64,000 bases of DNA from contig CAVWBU010000016.1 of assembly GCA_963753345.1 (NCBI GenBank), positions 160,001-224,000 of the forward strand, read 5' to 3'. The notes beneath the pieces were generated by a model. That model did not search any database and had not been told where the DNA came from. It saw nothing but the letters and a program-made list of their open reading frames with translations. Source of the DNA: an uncultured Fibrobacterota bacterium. Its GTDB lineage: Bacteria > Fibrobacterota > Chitinivibrionia > Chitinivibrionales > FEN-1185. Every line of letters begins with the position of its first letter. Position 1 is the first letter of the stretch. Made by a program: the position numbers and the translations under genes. Positions 24,401 to 34,652 of the stretch are shown in pieces.

Positions 24401-24580
24401 TATCGCCGCGAAGCGGCATTCCTCTGAGGTTGCGTTGCGAAGGTGCGACGACGCGCGAGCGTAGTCGAGCGCCTTGGGCGCGCACCTTCGCAGGAAGGGG
24501 TGTGCCCCGAGACCCCGCAGGCGCGCTTCGCGCCGAGGAGGCTTGGGGCCAGGGGGCACCGCGTAGCGGTGCCCCCACCA
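24401..24580. repeat. Structured repeat family II, long variant, copy a (G-rich strand = +)
   Basis: GCCGCGAAGCGGCAT..CTGAGGTTGCGTTGCGAAGG...GGGGGCACCGCGTAGCGGTGCCCCCACC; inverted homologue at 29011-29185. Confidence 0.85.
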
Positions 24581-24587
24581 ATTTATT

Positions 24588-26321
24588 CTACTTCTTCTTC
24601 TTTTCTTCCCACTTCTTCACCGTTGACAACTGCGACGCTCTTCCATAGAGGTCGATCGTGCTTGCGTCGAACTGCGTGGAGAAGTAGGCCAGCGACGGCA
24701 GCGAGAACAGCCACGAGCCGAGCGCCATCTTCTGGTCGAGCGCGTCTATCCTCCGCGAATATTCCTGTTTGTCGCCGATCTCGTGCGTGGACATGAAGCT
24801 GTAAATGTCGTCGAGCAGCGTCTTCGCGTCGGCCTGTTCGGGCGACTGCGCGCTCAGGTCGAGGTGGAAGAAGTTCTTGGAAGCGGTGAAACATTTCGGA
24901 TCGGCAATCTCCTTGCCCTTGCTGTCGACGAGCGTCTGGAGGTTGATCCGGTACGATTCGAAGTCGGGCTCGCGCAGGAAGATCGGGTACAGGTCGAACA
25001 GGAAATTGCTCCGGTACCCGGATATCGGGACCAGCACCGCGTCGTAGTTGCCGCGACGGATTTCGTCGTTGCCCACCGCGCTCACTTTCAGCTTGCCGTG
25101 AAACATGCCGGGATCGTTGAGAATTTCCACGAGGTCGGAAAGCTCTTCGCGGAAATCGTAGTTGAGGCACGTCTGGATGCGCACCGTGTCGGGCAGCAAC
25201 GACACATCGGGGCCTTCCTTGTTGACAAGCGGCGCCACCACCTTCTCTTCCACATAGTAGGACGTGGTGGGAAACACGCTGTTGTTGATATACTCGTCGT
25301 AATTGTCGCCCTCGCCCTTGTAATTGGCGATGTGGCGCTGCTGCTGCGAGCCCGTCTTGAAAAACCGGTTCATCACCATCTCGTTGTTGATCAGCTTGCG
25401 CAGCGCGAACCGCTGGTCGTGGTTGAGCTTTTCCACGTTGTAAAGGATCGCGAAGAAGCACGTGGCGATGCTCGACTTGTGGAAATACTGCATGCTGTCG
25501 CCCAGTATGGGCGACATGGCGCCGAACGGGGTGGAGAGCAGCGTGTTGATGTTGCGGTTGCGGAGTTCGGTGGTGTAGGTGCTGTTGTCGATGAACGGCT
25601 TGAGGATGAAGTTGGCGATGTGCGCAATGCCGTCGGGCATCTTGTGGAAGTAGATCACGTCCTCGTATTCGCCCGTGAGTAGGTACGGGCCCGTGCCGAT
25701 GTTATACGCGGGCGCATCCATCTCCGAATTCGCGGGCAATATCTTGAACGAGAGCACCTCCTTGATGTCGTCCTCGCTCCACATGCGGTCGCCCTTGAAC
25801 TGGAACTTTATTTCGTTATTGTTGTCCGGTCCGGAAAACGCGAAATCCGGGATCGCCTGCGACACCAGGATGTAATCCGGCGACAGGCTGCCGAGCTTCT
25901 GGATGCGGCGGAGCGTGAACGAGAGGTCCTGCGCCGAGAACACCACGTCCTGCTTCGGGGCGATGGTGGCCTTGTTCTTATCCATGGTCACGTTCCAGCT
26001 TGAATGCCATTTCTTCCCCTGCTTGAGCCGCACGGTCACCACGCCGGCCTTGTCGATGCCCATGTACTCGCCCAGGCCGTCCTCGTAGGTGATGCCGCTC
26101 GGGTTGGCCGACACGTTGAACAGGCCGTCGAACACCACTTCGTCAAGCTTGTCGGCGATGGGGATCGGGCTCGGCACGTGCGGGTCGATGCGCGGCTTCT
26201 GGTGCGCGATGTACGGAATCACGATGCTGTCGGCAAGGTTCTTGCGGAACACGAACCAGTACACGGCAACGCCTGCCGCGGCGACAAGGACTGCGAGGAT
26301 GATGATAAGCGCTTTTTTCAT
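24588..26321 (-). CDS. Orphan ABC-transporter substrate-binding protein (family 5-like), N-terminal TM anchor
   Basis: MKKALIIILAVL anchor; VFDGLF, VRLKQGKKWH, FSAQDLSFT, IGTGPY motifs. Confidence 0.65.
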   Translation of the reverse strand: MKKALIIILAVLVAAAGVAVYWFVFRKNLADSIVIPYIAHQKPRIDPHVPSPIPIADKLDEVVFDGLFNVSANPSGITYEDGLGEYMGIDKAGVVTVRLKQGKKWHSSWNVTMDKNKATIAPKQDVVFSAQDLSFTLRRIQKLGSLSPDYILVSQAIPDFAFSGPDNNNEIKFQFKGDRMWSEDDIKEVLSFKILPANSEMDAPAYNIGTGPYLLTGEYEDVIYFHKMPDGIAHIANFILKPFIDNSTYTTELRNRNINTLLSTPFGAMSPILGDSMQYFHKSSIATCFFAILYNVEKLNHDQRFALRKLINNEMVMNRFFKTGSQQQRHIANYKGEGDNYDEYINNSVFPTTSYYVEEKVVAPLVNKEGPDVSLLPDTVRIQTCLNYDFREELSDLVEILNDPGMFHGKLKVSAVGNDEIRRGNYDAVLVPISGYRSNFLFDLYPIFLREPDFESYRINLQTLVDSKGKEIADPKCFTASKNFFHLDLSAQSPEQADAKTLLDDIYSFMSTHEIGDKQEYSRRIDALDQKMALGSWLFSLPSLAYFSTQFDASTIDLYGRASQLSTVKKWEEKKKK

Positions 26322-26355
26322 GGAGCACCCTTTCTGTTTTCCATCATGAAAAGAT

Positions 26356-26462
26356 TCACCGCAAAGATCGCAAAGCAAAAAGAATCACCACAGAGGCATA
26401 GGGGACACAGAGAAAAACACAAAAATTGACATACTTTCAACTTTCAACCTCCAACTTTCAAC
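26356..26462. repeat. Short degenerate tandem repeats (9-mer-period CGCAAAG/CACAGAG, then 7-mer CTTTCAA)
   Basis: CACCGCAAAGATCGCAAAG; CACCACAGAGGCATAGGGGACACAGAG; ACTTTCAACTTTCAACCTCCAACTTTCAAC. Confidence 0.6.
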
Positions 26463-26483
26463 ATCCTTTATTCGCGTCCTTTG

Positions 26484-28883
26484 TCAATTCTTCTTGATAA
26501 TCGGCTTCTGCACCATCACGCTCACCGTGAACGGTTTGAACGCGTGATAGGTGAAGTTGACTTCCAGAATGTTGTTCTGGTCCTTGTTCATCTGCACCGG
26601 CGTGATCTGGCATTCGTAGTCGTTCGACGCGCTCGGTGCCGTGATGGAGAACCGTCCCTCGTTCTTGAGCTGCTTCTTGTTAAGCAAAATCTCGTCGTAC
26701 CACTGGCTCGCGCCCGCGTTCTGTGAAATCTCCTTGGGAAGCTTGATGTTCACGTCGTACACCGGGAAATTCGCATCGGTCGGAATGTCCACGTTGAGCC
26801 GGATATAGTACTTGTTCTTTCCCTTGCGGTTGTCGGTGATGGGAAGCGCGAACACGCGGCGGTATTCCTTCGGCTTGGAGATCCTCTTGGCCGACTGCGG
26901 GTTGCATTCCGCGACACGGATCTTGAGGTCCTTGTCGTCGCCCTTGTAATGGTTGCCGTGCGTCACCACGGCGCGCGCCTTGAGCACGCCGTCGTTTTCC
27001 GGGTCCTTGATGAACTGCTCGTAGCAGAGCTTGATTGCCTTTGCCGGGAAGTCGTAGTCCTTGAGCTTGGCAAGGTCCGCAACAAGCGCGTCTTTTTTCT
27101 GGATCAGGCGGTTCTGCGATCCGGACGAGAACGTTATGTTGTACGCGGGCAGGAACACGGAATCCGAGTAGAGTGAATCCACGTTTTCCAAAACGCCGAC
27201 CTTGTCCTCGCAGAACTTGTTCACTTTCGCGCGGGTCAGCCGCTCCACGCCCGAGTACAGCGAATCTTCCAAGTCGCGCACCGCCGCCTGCTTGAACGGA
27301 AGTATCGCCTGCGGATTAAGAAACGTATTGTCGGTATGCAGCGTCCGAAGTCCGCTCTCGGCCTGGCCCCAGGCATTGGCGGACAGCGACGACTTGATGG
27401 ACTTCATCTGCTGCTCGATGGCCAGCCTGTCGAGATCGCGGTACTTGTCGAGCAGGAATCCGAGCTGCTTTGCCTGCGCGAGCAGGCCGACCATTGACCG
27501 GAAGTCGCCCTGGGCCTTGAACATGTTCACCTGCTGGACAAGGATTTCGGCCTGGTGGCATTCGCCGAGGTGAAGAGCGACCTCCGAGCCGAGTTTCGCA
27601 ATCTCCGCGTTGAATGCCAAGGCACATTTGTATCCCGCGAACTTGCCGTACTGGTCGTCCATTTTTGCGGGAATCGCGTTCTGCACCGCGGTGAGACGCG
27701 CCACCACGCCCTTGAAGAACTCGTCGGAGGGCATCTGCGGCCCGTCCTTGACGTATTTGGCGATGCGGTCCATGGTGTCCTTGAGGGCAAGGAGCGTTTT
27801 GGCCCTCGCGTTGAAATCGGCAACGAACTTGGTCATCTGCGCAAGGTCCTGGGGCACCGCGATGTCGGCCTTTTCGTGCAGGGTGACCATGCGTCCAAGG
27901 GAGGGCGTAAAGTACAGAGCGCTGTCGAACGGGGTCACGTCTTCCTTGCCCGACATGCGCATGGCAAGGAACGGCATCACCTCTTCGAACCTGCTCTTGA
28001 GCACGCGCTGGCTTTCGTTCACCACATAAGGCGCAAGAATGCTCTTGTTTGCAAAGTACGAAATGAAATCGTCGAGATGCGACATGAACTCGGCCGGGTT
28101 CTGGCGAGACGCCTTTTCCTTTGCAAAGAAATCAAGCGCGGCAAGGTACGCCTTCTGGAAGTTCATCTCGTCCTCGAGGTTGGCGCGAAGCTTCCGGTAG
28201 TTTTGATACGCCGGGTCAGCGGAGTTCACGATGCGCGCCGGGAAAATGCTTTCGATGGCGAGCAGTTCCTTGTACACCGCCTCAAGCGCCGCTTCGTGGC
28301 GCTTCACGGTGTCCGCCGCGGCGGCGAAGTTGAAACCGTCAAGCTGCGTGGTCGAGCCGATGCCCTTGTACGCATTCCTGTCGACAATGTTTTTTGCGAG
28401 CGTCGAATTGTATTCGGAAGCCTTGGTCTCGAACTTGAACCGCCACTGCGGTGCATAGCGGTATTTCATGTGCAGGACGAAGTCCTCTCCGCCGACTTCT
28501 ATGAACCAGTAGAACGCCTGCGACCTTGTGTTGATCGCATACACGCTGATGGAATCCGGCCACAGCGTCTCGTCCTTGATTTTTTCGCCGGGCGTCTTGT
28601 TCTGGGCGTAGCTGTTGGAGAAGAAACTGGCCATTTTCTTTTTCGACGGGACATTGAGCACGACATAGAAATTGTCCTCGGTGGGCGCCGGGAATGCTAT
28701 CACGTATTTCTTCTGTTTCTTGAGCTCAAAGTCCTTTTTGTCGTTCTTGAGCTCTATGTATCCCTGCTCGACGCCGGAGAGCTCGGGTTTCGGCTTGAGC
28801 TGGGCATACGGCGCGCATGACATGAGGACAAGCGCCGCCGTCACCAACGATACACCAAGTAGTTGAAGGACCTTTGCTTTCAT
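26484..28883 (-). CDS. Large hypothetical lipoprotein (799 aa)
   Basis: Long ORF with strong codon bias, AAAGGAG RBS, lipobox LMSC; no family recognised. Confidence 0.8.
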   Translation of the reverse strand: MKAKVLQLLGVSLVTAALVLMSCAPYAQLKPKPELSGVEQGYIELKNDKKDFELKKQKKYVIAFPAPTEDNFYVVLNVPSKKKMASFFSNSYAQNKTPGEKIKDETLWPDSISVYAINTRSQAFYWFIEVGGEDFVLHMKYRYAPQWRFKFETKASEYNSTLAKNIVDRNAYKGIGSTTQLDGFNFAAAADTVKRHEAALEAVYKELLAIESIFPARIVNSADPAYQNYRKLRANLEDEMNFQKAYLAALDFFAKEKASRQNPAEFMSHLDDFISYFANKSILAPYVVNESQRVLKSRFEEVMPFLAMRMSGKEDVTPFDSALYFTPSLGRMVTLHEKADIAVPQDLAQMTKFVADFNARAKTLLALKDTMDRIAKYVKDGPQMPSDEFFKGVVARLTAVQNAIPAKMDDQYGKFAGYKCALAFNAEIAKLGSEVALHLGECHQAEILVQQVNMFKAQGDFRSMVGLLAQAKQLGFLLDKYRDLDRLAIEQQMKSIKSSLSANAWGQAESGLRTLHTDNTFLNPQAILPFKQAAVRDLEDSLYSGVERLTRAKVNKFCEDKVGVLENVDSLYSDSVFLPAYNITFSSGSQNRLIQKKDALVADLAKLKDYDFPAKAIKLCYEQFIKDPENDGVLKARAVVTHGNHYKGDDKDLKIRVAECNPQSAKRISKPKEYRRVFALPITDNRKGKNKYYIRLNVDIPTDANFPVYDVNIKLPKEISQNAGASQWYDEILLNKKQLKNEGRFSITAPSASNDYECQITPVQMNKDQNNILEVNFTYHAFKPFTVSVMVQKPIIKKN

Positions 28884-29010
28884 CCGAGGCTCCTTTGCAT
28901 TGGAATGGGGGTATACGCCAGGGTTCGCAAACCGGGATTTATTAATATAACAATCGCCTGTTAATAAGGCATTTTTTCAAGCAAGTATCATAATCAATAT
29001 TAGATTCCCT

Positions 29011-29185
29011 TGGTGGGGGCACCGCTTCGCGTTTCCCCCTCGCTGCGGCCTCCTCGTCCCGCGGGACTGCGGTGTCCTCCGCTACCCCCTCCAGCAAAGG
29101 GGCGCGCCTGGTGCGCTCGACTTGCGCTCGCGCGGCGTCGCCCCTTCGCAACGCAACCTCAGTGGTATGCCGCTTCGCGGCAATA
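29011..29185. repeat. Structured repeat family II, long variant, copy b (G-rich strand = -)
   Basis: Reverse complement TATTGCCGCGAAGCGGCATACCACTGAGGTTGCGTTGCGAAGG...GAGGGGGTAGCGGAGG...GGCCGCAGCGAGGGGGAAAC..GTGCCCCCACC. Confidence 0.85.
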
Positions 29186-29270
29186 AGCCCATTAGGGTGA
29201 AATAGCCGCCAAAAATTTTCCTATGTAAATCATTTGTAAATATGAGAACAAGCACTTGTCATATGCGCGT

Positions 29271-29427
29271 GCGTTAGGTGGACCGGAGGGTGAGTGAAAG
29301 CGAATTGCCGGCCGACCCGGCCGCCAGGCATAGGGCGGACCGGCAACGAGGCGAACAGCCGAGCCCGCAGGGAGACCGACCCCTTGTAGAAGCGCGGCAT
29401 GCCGTACCTCTACAAGGGGGAACGCCC
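29271..29427. repeat. Structured repeat family I, copy 4 (C-rich strand = -), with GTAG-type REP in the variable hairpin
   Basis: Core nearly identical to 19677-19810; first hairpin expanded by GTAGAAGCGCGGCATGCCGTACCTCTAC (29386-29413). Confidence 0.9.
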
Positions 29428-29447
29428 AATTTGTTAGTATTATTATA

Positions 29448-29762
29448 CTACTTTACATAGGAACAGCAATAATCCGTCAGTTGCGCCACCTCGAGCTTGA
29501 ATTTCGAATTCGCGGGTACGTCGAACGTGTTTCCTGCGTTGATGGTTTTCCATTCAGAACTTCCGGACAGCTGCACCTGCAGGCTGCCGGCCATGATTTC
29601 CATGACTTCCCTGTCGGCGGTGCCGAATTCGTACTCGCCCGGCGCCATGATGCCCAGGGTTTTCCTTTCCCCATTTGCAAACAGCACTGTTCTGCTGGTC
29701 ACCTTGCCGTCAAAATAGACGTTCGCCTTCTTGACAACCGATACATTGTCGAATTTGTCCAC
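29448..29762 (-). CDS. ppnP: Pyrimidine/purine nucleoside phosphorylase
   Basis: [13 protein letters not shown]...[14 protein letters not shown]...F.VPANSKF...YCCSY; GTG start after GGAGG. Confidence 0.92.
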   Translation of the reverse strand: MDKFDNVSVVKKANVYFDGKVTSRTVLFANGERKTLGIMAPGEYEFGTADREVMEIMAGSLQVQLSGSSEWKTINAGNTFDVPANSKFKLEVAQLTDYCCSYVK

Positions 29763-29941
29763 AGTGATTCCTCCGTTGAAAAGTGTGTGACGCATCCTGC
29801 CGCAGGCCGCTAGACCCGGCTTCCGCGGATCAGAAAAGATACGCTGCGGATGCGATCCTGCGCCACGAATTTTGCACGATGATGGGAGCGCTCTCTCGAA
29901 AACATCCGGTCGTCACGGATTAAACCTTTTCCTCCGCCCGT

Positions 29942-29970
29942 TTGACACAATCGCCACGATGGCGTATATT
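29942..29970 (+). promoter_or_regulatory. Sigma70-type promoter
   Basis: TTGACA-N17-TATATT upstream of the 30050 gene. Confidence 0.65.
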
Positions 29971-30049
29971 TACGCATGATACAACCGGCCGTCGCGAGCC
30001 AGTGAATTCGTCAGACAATGCTTCTTCTCGTTTCCCGGATAGAATCCTT

Positions 30050-31093
30050 GTGAAACATCTGCTCTTACTGCTTATCCTTGTTGCCACATGCTTCGCAGGA
30101 AACAACACTTCCCTCCCCGATTCCATTCATGCGCAGGTGTGGGGCGGCGCGCAGGTATCAGACCAGGCCCCGGCCGGCATAAAAGGCCTGGAGTCGGGCA
30201 TGCTTGACGCGTGGATGGCGCATTGGTTTACCGACGCGGTTTTCTGCCGTTTGTACGTGAGAGGAACGCCGTCCTTCCAGACGCCGTTCATCGAGGAGGC
30301 TTCGCTCGGATACCGCCACGCGGATTTCACTGCAAAGGCCGGCATGCTTTCCACCCACGTGGGCCGTGCCCTCCTGTACAAGCCCTTTTCCGTGTTCAAC
30401 CAGTTTACGCGCACGTCGGTCGTGTGGGATTCCTACGGGTTCGGGTTCGGGCTCGACGCCGGCCTGGGCGCGATGCGTCTCTCGGGCGCCGCCACGCTTA
30501 ACACCCGCGAAAACGGCGCCGCCCATGTCATGTGGACGGCCGTGGATAATGCCGCGGTGTGCGAGCGCGTGCTGGTCGGGGTGCAGACGGCGAATCTTGA
30601 CAATGGGGACAACAGCCTCACGGCGGGCGACGATTTTACGCTGTCGCTGGGTCGCTTCGATCTGCATGCCGCGGTACAGTACACGGCATATCAGGGGTAC
30701 GGCAACCCCACCATAAAGCCCGGGCGGCTTGTGGAGGGTTTCCTCGAAGCGCGCTGCGTTCCGGCGGCTCCGCTCACCCTGAGCGCCATGGTATTCTACG
30801 AAAACCTCGAAAAGGGATACCTGTTCGTGAGTTCGCCGTCCACGCAGCTCGAGTACCTTTTCGAGTCGGCGCAGTGCGGCATCGACGCCCAATACATGGT
30901 GATACCCTGGCTCGGCATGTACGCGGGATACGAATATCAACTCAACGGATCAGCAGGAATGCATGTTCCGCAGGCGGGCATCGCTGTGGTGCCCTTTGCG
31001 CGCCAGACGCTCCTGCGCGTCGGATGGGAATCCTCGATTGTCGGCGCGGCGGCGGTGCACCGGATTACCGGCGTTCTCTGGTTCGAGTACTAA
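30050..31093 (+). CDS. Hypothetical outer-membrane beta-barrel-like protein
   Basis: Signal peptide (VKHLLLLLILVATCFA), alternating beta-strand pattern, C-terminal ...GVLWFEY. Confidence 0.6.
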   Translation: MKHLLLLLILVATCFAGNNTSLPDSIHAQVWGGAQVSDQAPAGIKGLESGMLDAWMAHWFTDAVFCRLYVRGTPSFQTPFIEEASLGYRHADFTAKAGMLSTHVGRALLYKPFSVFNQFTRTSVVWDSYGFGFGLDAGLGAMRLSGAATLNTRENGAAHVMWTAVDNAAVCERVLVGVQTANLDNGDNSLTAGDDFTLSLGRFDLHAAVQYTAYQGYGNPTIKPGRLVEGFLEARCVPAAPLTLSAMVFYENLEKGYLFVSSPSTQLEYLFESAQCGIDAQYMVIPWLGMYAGYEYQLNGSAGMHVPQAGIAVVPFARQTLLRVGWESSIVGAAAVHRITGVLWFEY

Positions 31094-31104
31094 CGGAGCG
31101 GGTC

Positions 31105-31899
31105 ATGATCTTCCGGCTCATTCGCACGATTCGCACATGCAAACGCATCGCCGTGGCGACCGCGTTTGCAGCAATGCTGCTGTGTATTTTGACATGCAGT
31201 AATTCCTTTCTCCCCATGGAAAGCAGCACCGCCGCGCCCATCGTGGCCGTGACGTTCGACGACGCCGATTCCTCGATTTACACCACCGGTTACCGGCTCA
31301 TGCGCGCAACCGACACCGCCTGGACCGCCACCCATTTCTTTCCGGTCAGTTTTATCGGCCAGTCCCGTAACGTCACCCTCGACGAGGAAAAGGAAATGGA
31401 ACAAGGCGGATGGGAAAGCGGCGGTCACGGCGCCACGCACGACAACCTCTCGTCACTGCCGCCCGACACGATGAATGCGCTTGTCAAGGCGTCATACGAT
31501 TTTCTCGTGCAGAACGGACTTTGCCACCAGAGCTACGCCTACGCGTCGGGCATGTACAACGACACCGTGAAGGCGGTGGTCGCCAAGTACTTTGAAAACA
31601 TACGGACCTCGCACGACTACTATTATCTCGACGGCATCAACCGGCAGGAACTCGGGTATTTTGCAGTGGAAGGGGGCTTTACCACCGACGACATCATCGT
31701 CCGCGTCGAGGACGCCATAATGCTCGGTGCGCCGCTCGTGGTGATCGGCTTTCACATCATACTGCCCGATTCGGCGCCGCCGGTATCCACCTATTACGTA
31801 AGGGAGTCCGCGTTTCGGGGTTTTCTTTCGTACCTTGCGCAGCAGCACCTGCAGGTGATGAGCGTGCGGGATGCAATGAAGATTCTGTGCGGATCGTAG
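31105..31899 (+). CDS. Polysaccharide deacetylase (CE4/NodB-like)
   Basis: VAVTFDD, GWESGGHGATH, YAYASG, IGFH motifs. Confidence 0.8.
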   Translation: MIFRLIRTIRTCKRIAVATAFAAMLLCILTCSNSFLPMESSTAAPIVAVTFDDADSSIYTTGYRLMRATDTAWTATHFFPVSFIGQSRNVTLDEEKEMEQGGWESGGHGATHDNLSSLPPDTMNALVKASYDFLVQNGLCHQSYAYASGMYNDTVKAVVAKYFENIRTSHDYYYLDGINRQELGYFAVEGGFTTDDIIVRVEDAIMLGAPLVVIGFHIILPDSAPPVSTYYVRESAFRGFLSYLAQQHLQVMSVRDAMKILCGS

Positions 31900-31951
31900 C
31901 GGAAAGCAGTTGTAGAACGGGAACGGGACCGCGGGGAACAGTACTCCGCCT

Positions 31952-32428
31952 CTACCGCTCGCTTTTCTCCTTCACCGCGGCCATTTCCTTTTCGTAAAGA
32001 GCGAAAATCTCATTCTTGTAGTTGTCGGGAAGGCGGGTCACCACGATCATGGTTTCTTCCGTGGTGTTATAGTCTATTTGGTTGAAGAGGATGATGATCG
32101 TGCCCGCGGAAGGGCTCTCCATGCGGATCAGCTTGTTCTTCTCGAACTCAACCACTTCCCAGGTGTTCCGGGTGGTGAACCCTTTGAATTCGCACACGCT
32201 CTCAAACAGGACACCCTTGCCCTCCCTTACCTTGGACGTGATGTTCACCTGCTTGTAGAGATCAGGATACAGCGCGGGATAGGAAGCAAAATCGGACACC
32301 ACCGAAAACACCTTGTCGGGCATCGCGGCAATGGGAATCCGTTTCTCGAACACATAGGTCTTGTCGCATCCGCACAGTGCGCAAATGCATATCGCTCCGG
32401 CAGCCAATGGCAGTACTTTCCACATCAT
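31952..32428 (-). CDS. SRPBCC-family (lipo)protein
   Basis: IPIAAMPDKVFSVVSDFASYP...WEVVEFEKNKLI; lipobox-like LCGC. Confidence 0.75.
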   Translation of the reverse strand: MMWKVLPLAAGAICICALCGCDKTYVFEKRIPIAAMPDKVFSVVSDFASYPALYPDLYKQVNITSKVREGKGVLFESVCEFKGFTTRNTWEVVEFEKNKLIRMESPSAGTIIILFNQIDYNTTEETMIVVTRLPDNYKNEIFALYEKEMAAVKEKSER

Positions 32429-32585
32429 CCCCGTCCTTATCTCTTCCCCCTATTAATTATAGCCCTTGTTCTTTGTAAATTGCCACATCTTTTTACGGGC
32501 CGCACGCGGCGCAAACCCTATGGTATAAATTAAGACATCACGGCAAAAAACTCAAGGGACATGATTTATATTTCATTCTTGATTT

Positions 32586-33233
32586 ATGCAAGCATCCTCC
32601 AATCCAGCCGACCAGAACGGCATCATCCCTCTCGACCTTGTCAGCGGAAGCGCCTGGGTCATTGGATCGATCCTCGGCAGAACGTGGCGGTTCTCTCTTA
32701 CCGCCGGCAGTACAATAAACCCGTTTAGAGACCAAGACAAGGGCGTAATTTACTGTTTCTGGCACGAGCACATCCTGCCGCTCGCCTACATCTTCCGCGG
32801 CGTGGGCGTCACCGCCGTGGTCTCGGCAAGCAGGGACGGCGACCGCGCGACTGCTGTTGCCCAGCGCTGGAACCACGACACGATACGCGGGTCGTCGTCG
32901 CGCGGGCAGGTGGCGGTGGTGCGGCAATGCATGCGCGCGCTGGCTGCCGGCAGAAACGTGGTGATCATCCCCGACGGCCCGCGCGGTCCCCGTCAGCAGG
33001 TGAAACAGGGCGCGGCCATGATCGCGCTCTTGACAAACGCGCCAGTCTTCCCGGTCCTCGCCGTTCCCGGCCGCGCCTGGCGCCTGAGTTCGTGGGACCG
33101 CTTCGTGATCCCAAAACCGTTCACGCACATCACGGTCGACTTCAGGGAACCGCTGCACCCGTCGCAGTTCGCTGAGGGCGAAAACAGGGTCGGGCAGTTC
33201 ACCCGGCGCCTCCAGGAGGCGCTGACGCCATGA
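32586..33233 (+). CDS. DUF374 lysophospholipid acyltransferase-family protein
   Basis: FWH, SASRDG, IRGSSSRG, IPDGPRGP, SWDRFVIPKPF. Confidence 0.88.
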   Translation: MQASSNPADQNGIIPLDLVSGSAWVIGSILGRTWRFSLTAGSTINPFRDQDKGVIYCFWHEHILPLAYIFRGVGVTAVVSASRDGDRATAVAQRWNHDTIRGSSSRGQVAVVRQCMRALAAGRNVVIIPDGPRGPRQQVKQGAAMIALLTNAPVFPVLAVPGRAWRLSSWDRFVIPKPFTHITVDFREPLHPSQFAEGENRVGQFTRRLQEALTP

Positions 33234-33946
33234 CGCCGCCGTCAACGTGGCCGGAAGACGTTTTCGTCCTTGTCCCCTCGTACAAGGCGGCAGGCGCGCT
33301 TTCCCGCCTTCTGCCCGATCTGCTTTCCGCGGTCCCGGCGTCCAACATCTGCATTTCCGACGACGGTTCCCACGACGGTTCCGACGAGGTGTGCCGCGGT
33401 CTCGGCGTCCTCTATGTTTCCAATCTTGTCAACAAGGGCAAGGGTGCGGCCCTTGCAAAGGGGTTCGACTACCTGATTGGGGAAAAAGGCGCATCATGGA
33501 TAATGACCATGGATGTCGACGGTCAGCATGCGGTTGCCGATCTTCCTGTCTTTCTGGACGCAATCCGCAGGAAGCCTGGCGCAGGGATCATTATCGGCCA
33601 CCGCGACATGCGCCTGTCGAAAATGCCGGCAGCACGCATCTGCTCCAACGCGCTCACGTCGGCAATCCTTTCCCTGCTCACACACAGGAAAATTCCCGAC
33701 AGTCAATGCGGGTACCGGGCCTATTCGGCGCGGCTTGTATCGGCTGCGCCGTGCAGGTTCTCCCGGTTCGAAATGGAATCGGAGATCATCATGCGCGCGC
33801 TGCACCTCGGATTTCCGGTCAATTTCGTGAAGGTGCAGACATTATATTTCTTTTCCTCCAGCCACATTTCCCATGTCGCAGACACCCTGCGGTGGCTAAG
33901 GGCCGTTGTTTCCACCTTTGCAGAATTGCGCCGCACCGCATTGTGA
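33230..33946 (+). CDS. Glycosyltransferase family 2 (DPM1-like)
   Basis: VPSY, DDGSHDGS, NKGKGAAL, MDVDGQH, DSQCGYR. Confidence 0.9.
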   Translation: MTPPSTWPEDVFVLVPSYKAAGALSRLLPDLLSAVPASNICISDDGSHDGSDEVCRGLGVLYVSNLVNKGKGAALAKGFDYLIGEKGASWIMTMDVDGQHAVADLPVFLDAIRRKPGAGIIIGHRDMRLSKMPAARICSNALTSAILSLLTHRKIPDSQCGYRAYSARLVSAAPCRFSRFEMESEIIMRALHLGFPVNFVKVQTLYFFSSSHISHVADTLRWLRAVVSTFAELRRTAL

Positions 33947-33948
33947 CC

Positions 33949-34623
33949 ATGTACACGCTCAAGCCTGAAATCGCCGCGGAACGTCTCGTCAAGAAGCTGC
34001 GCGAAAAGGGAATCACCGACGAAACCGTGCTGGACGCGTTCCGCAAGGTGCCGCGGCACCTCTTTGTCGACAACATGCTTTACGCGCAGGCGTACGACGA
34101 CAACGCCCTGCCCATCGGCGAGGGACAGACCATCTCCCAGCCCTACGTGGTCGCCCTCATGACCCAGCTTCTCCGGCTCGGACGGGACCAGAAAATACTC
34201 GAAATAGGCACCGGCTCCGGGTTCCAGACTGCGGTCCTGGCGCAGTTTTCCCGTCGCGTTTACACAATAGAACGCAACCGGGAACTCGGAGCCAAGGCTC
34301 TCAAGCGTCTCCGCGACATGGGATTCGAAAACATCGTTTTCAAGGTGGGCGACGGCACGCGCGGGTGGGTCCAGCACGCGCCGTTCGACCGCATCATCGT
34401 CACCGCGGGCGCACCGGCGATTCCGCAGGAGCTTTCGGACCAGCTTGCTGTGGGCGGCAGGATGATAATCCCGACCGGCGACAGGAACGTCCAGGACCTC
34501 GAGGTGTACGACAAACGCGAAACCGGCGTTGTAAAGACAACGGCGGGCAGCGTGGTGTTCGTTCCGCTTATCGGGGAAAAGGGATGGACGGATAAGGACA
34601 AGCGCTCAGCTGTTTGTGGTTAA
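33949..34623 (+). CDS. pcm: Protein-L-isoaspartate O-methyltransferase
   Basis: VPRHLFV, LPIGEGQTISQPY, LEIGTGSG, APFDRIIVTA, FVPLIG. Confidence 0.96.
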   Translation: MYTLKPEIAAERLVKKLREKGITDETVLDAFRKVPRHLFVDNMLYAQAYDDNALPIGEGQTISQPYVVALMTQLLRLGRDQKILEIGTGSGFQTAVLAQFSRRVYTIERNRELGAKALKRLRDMGFENIVFKVGDGTRGWVQHAPFDRIIVTAGAPAIPQELSDQLAVGGRMIIPTGDRNVQDLEVYDKRETGVVKTTAGSVVFVPLIGEKGWTDKDKRSAVCG

Positions 34624-34652
34624 GTGGACCATCACAGAGAGTCAGAGAAGAC

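Noticed and set aside
24361..29261. Shared AGCACTTGTCA near both long-variant repeats
   Set aside because: Same orientation although the repeats are inverted, and only 11 nt. It may be chance or a reverse -35 box.
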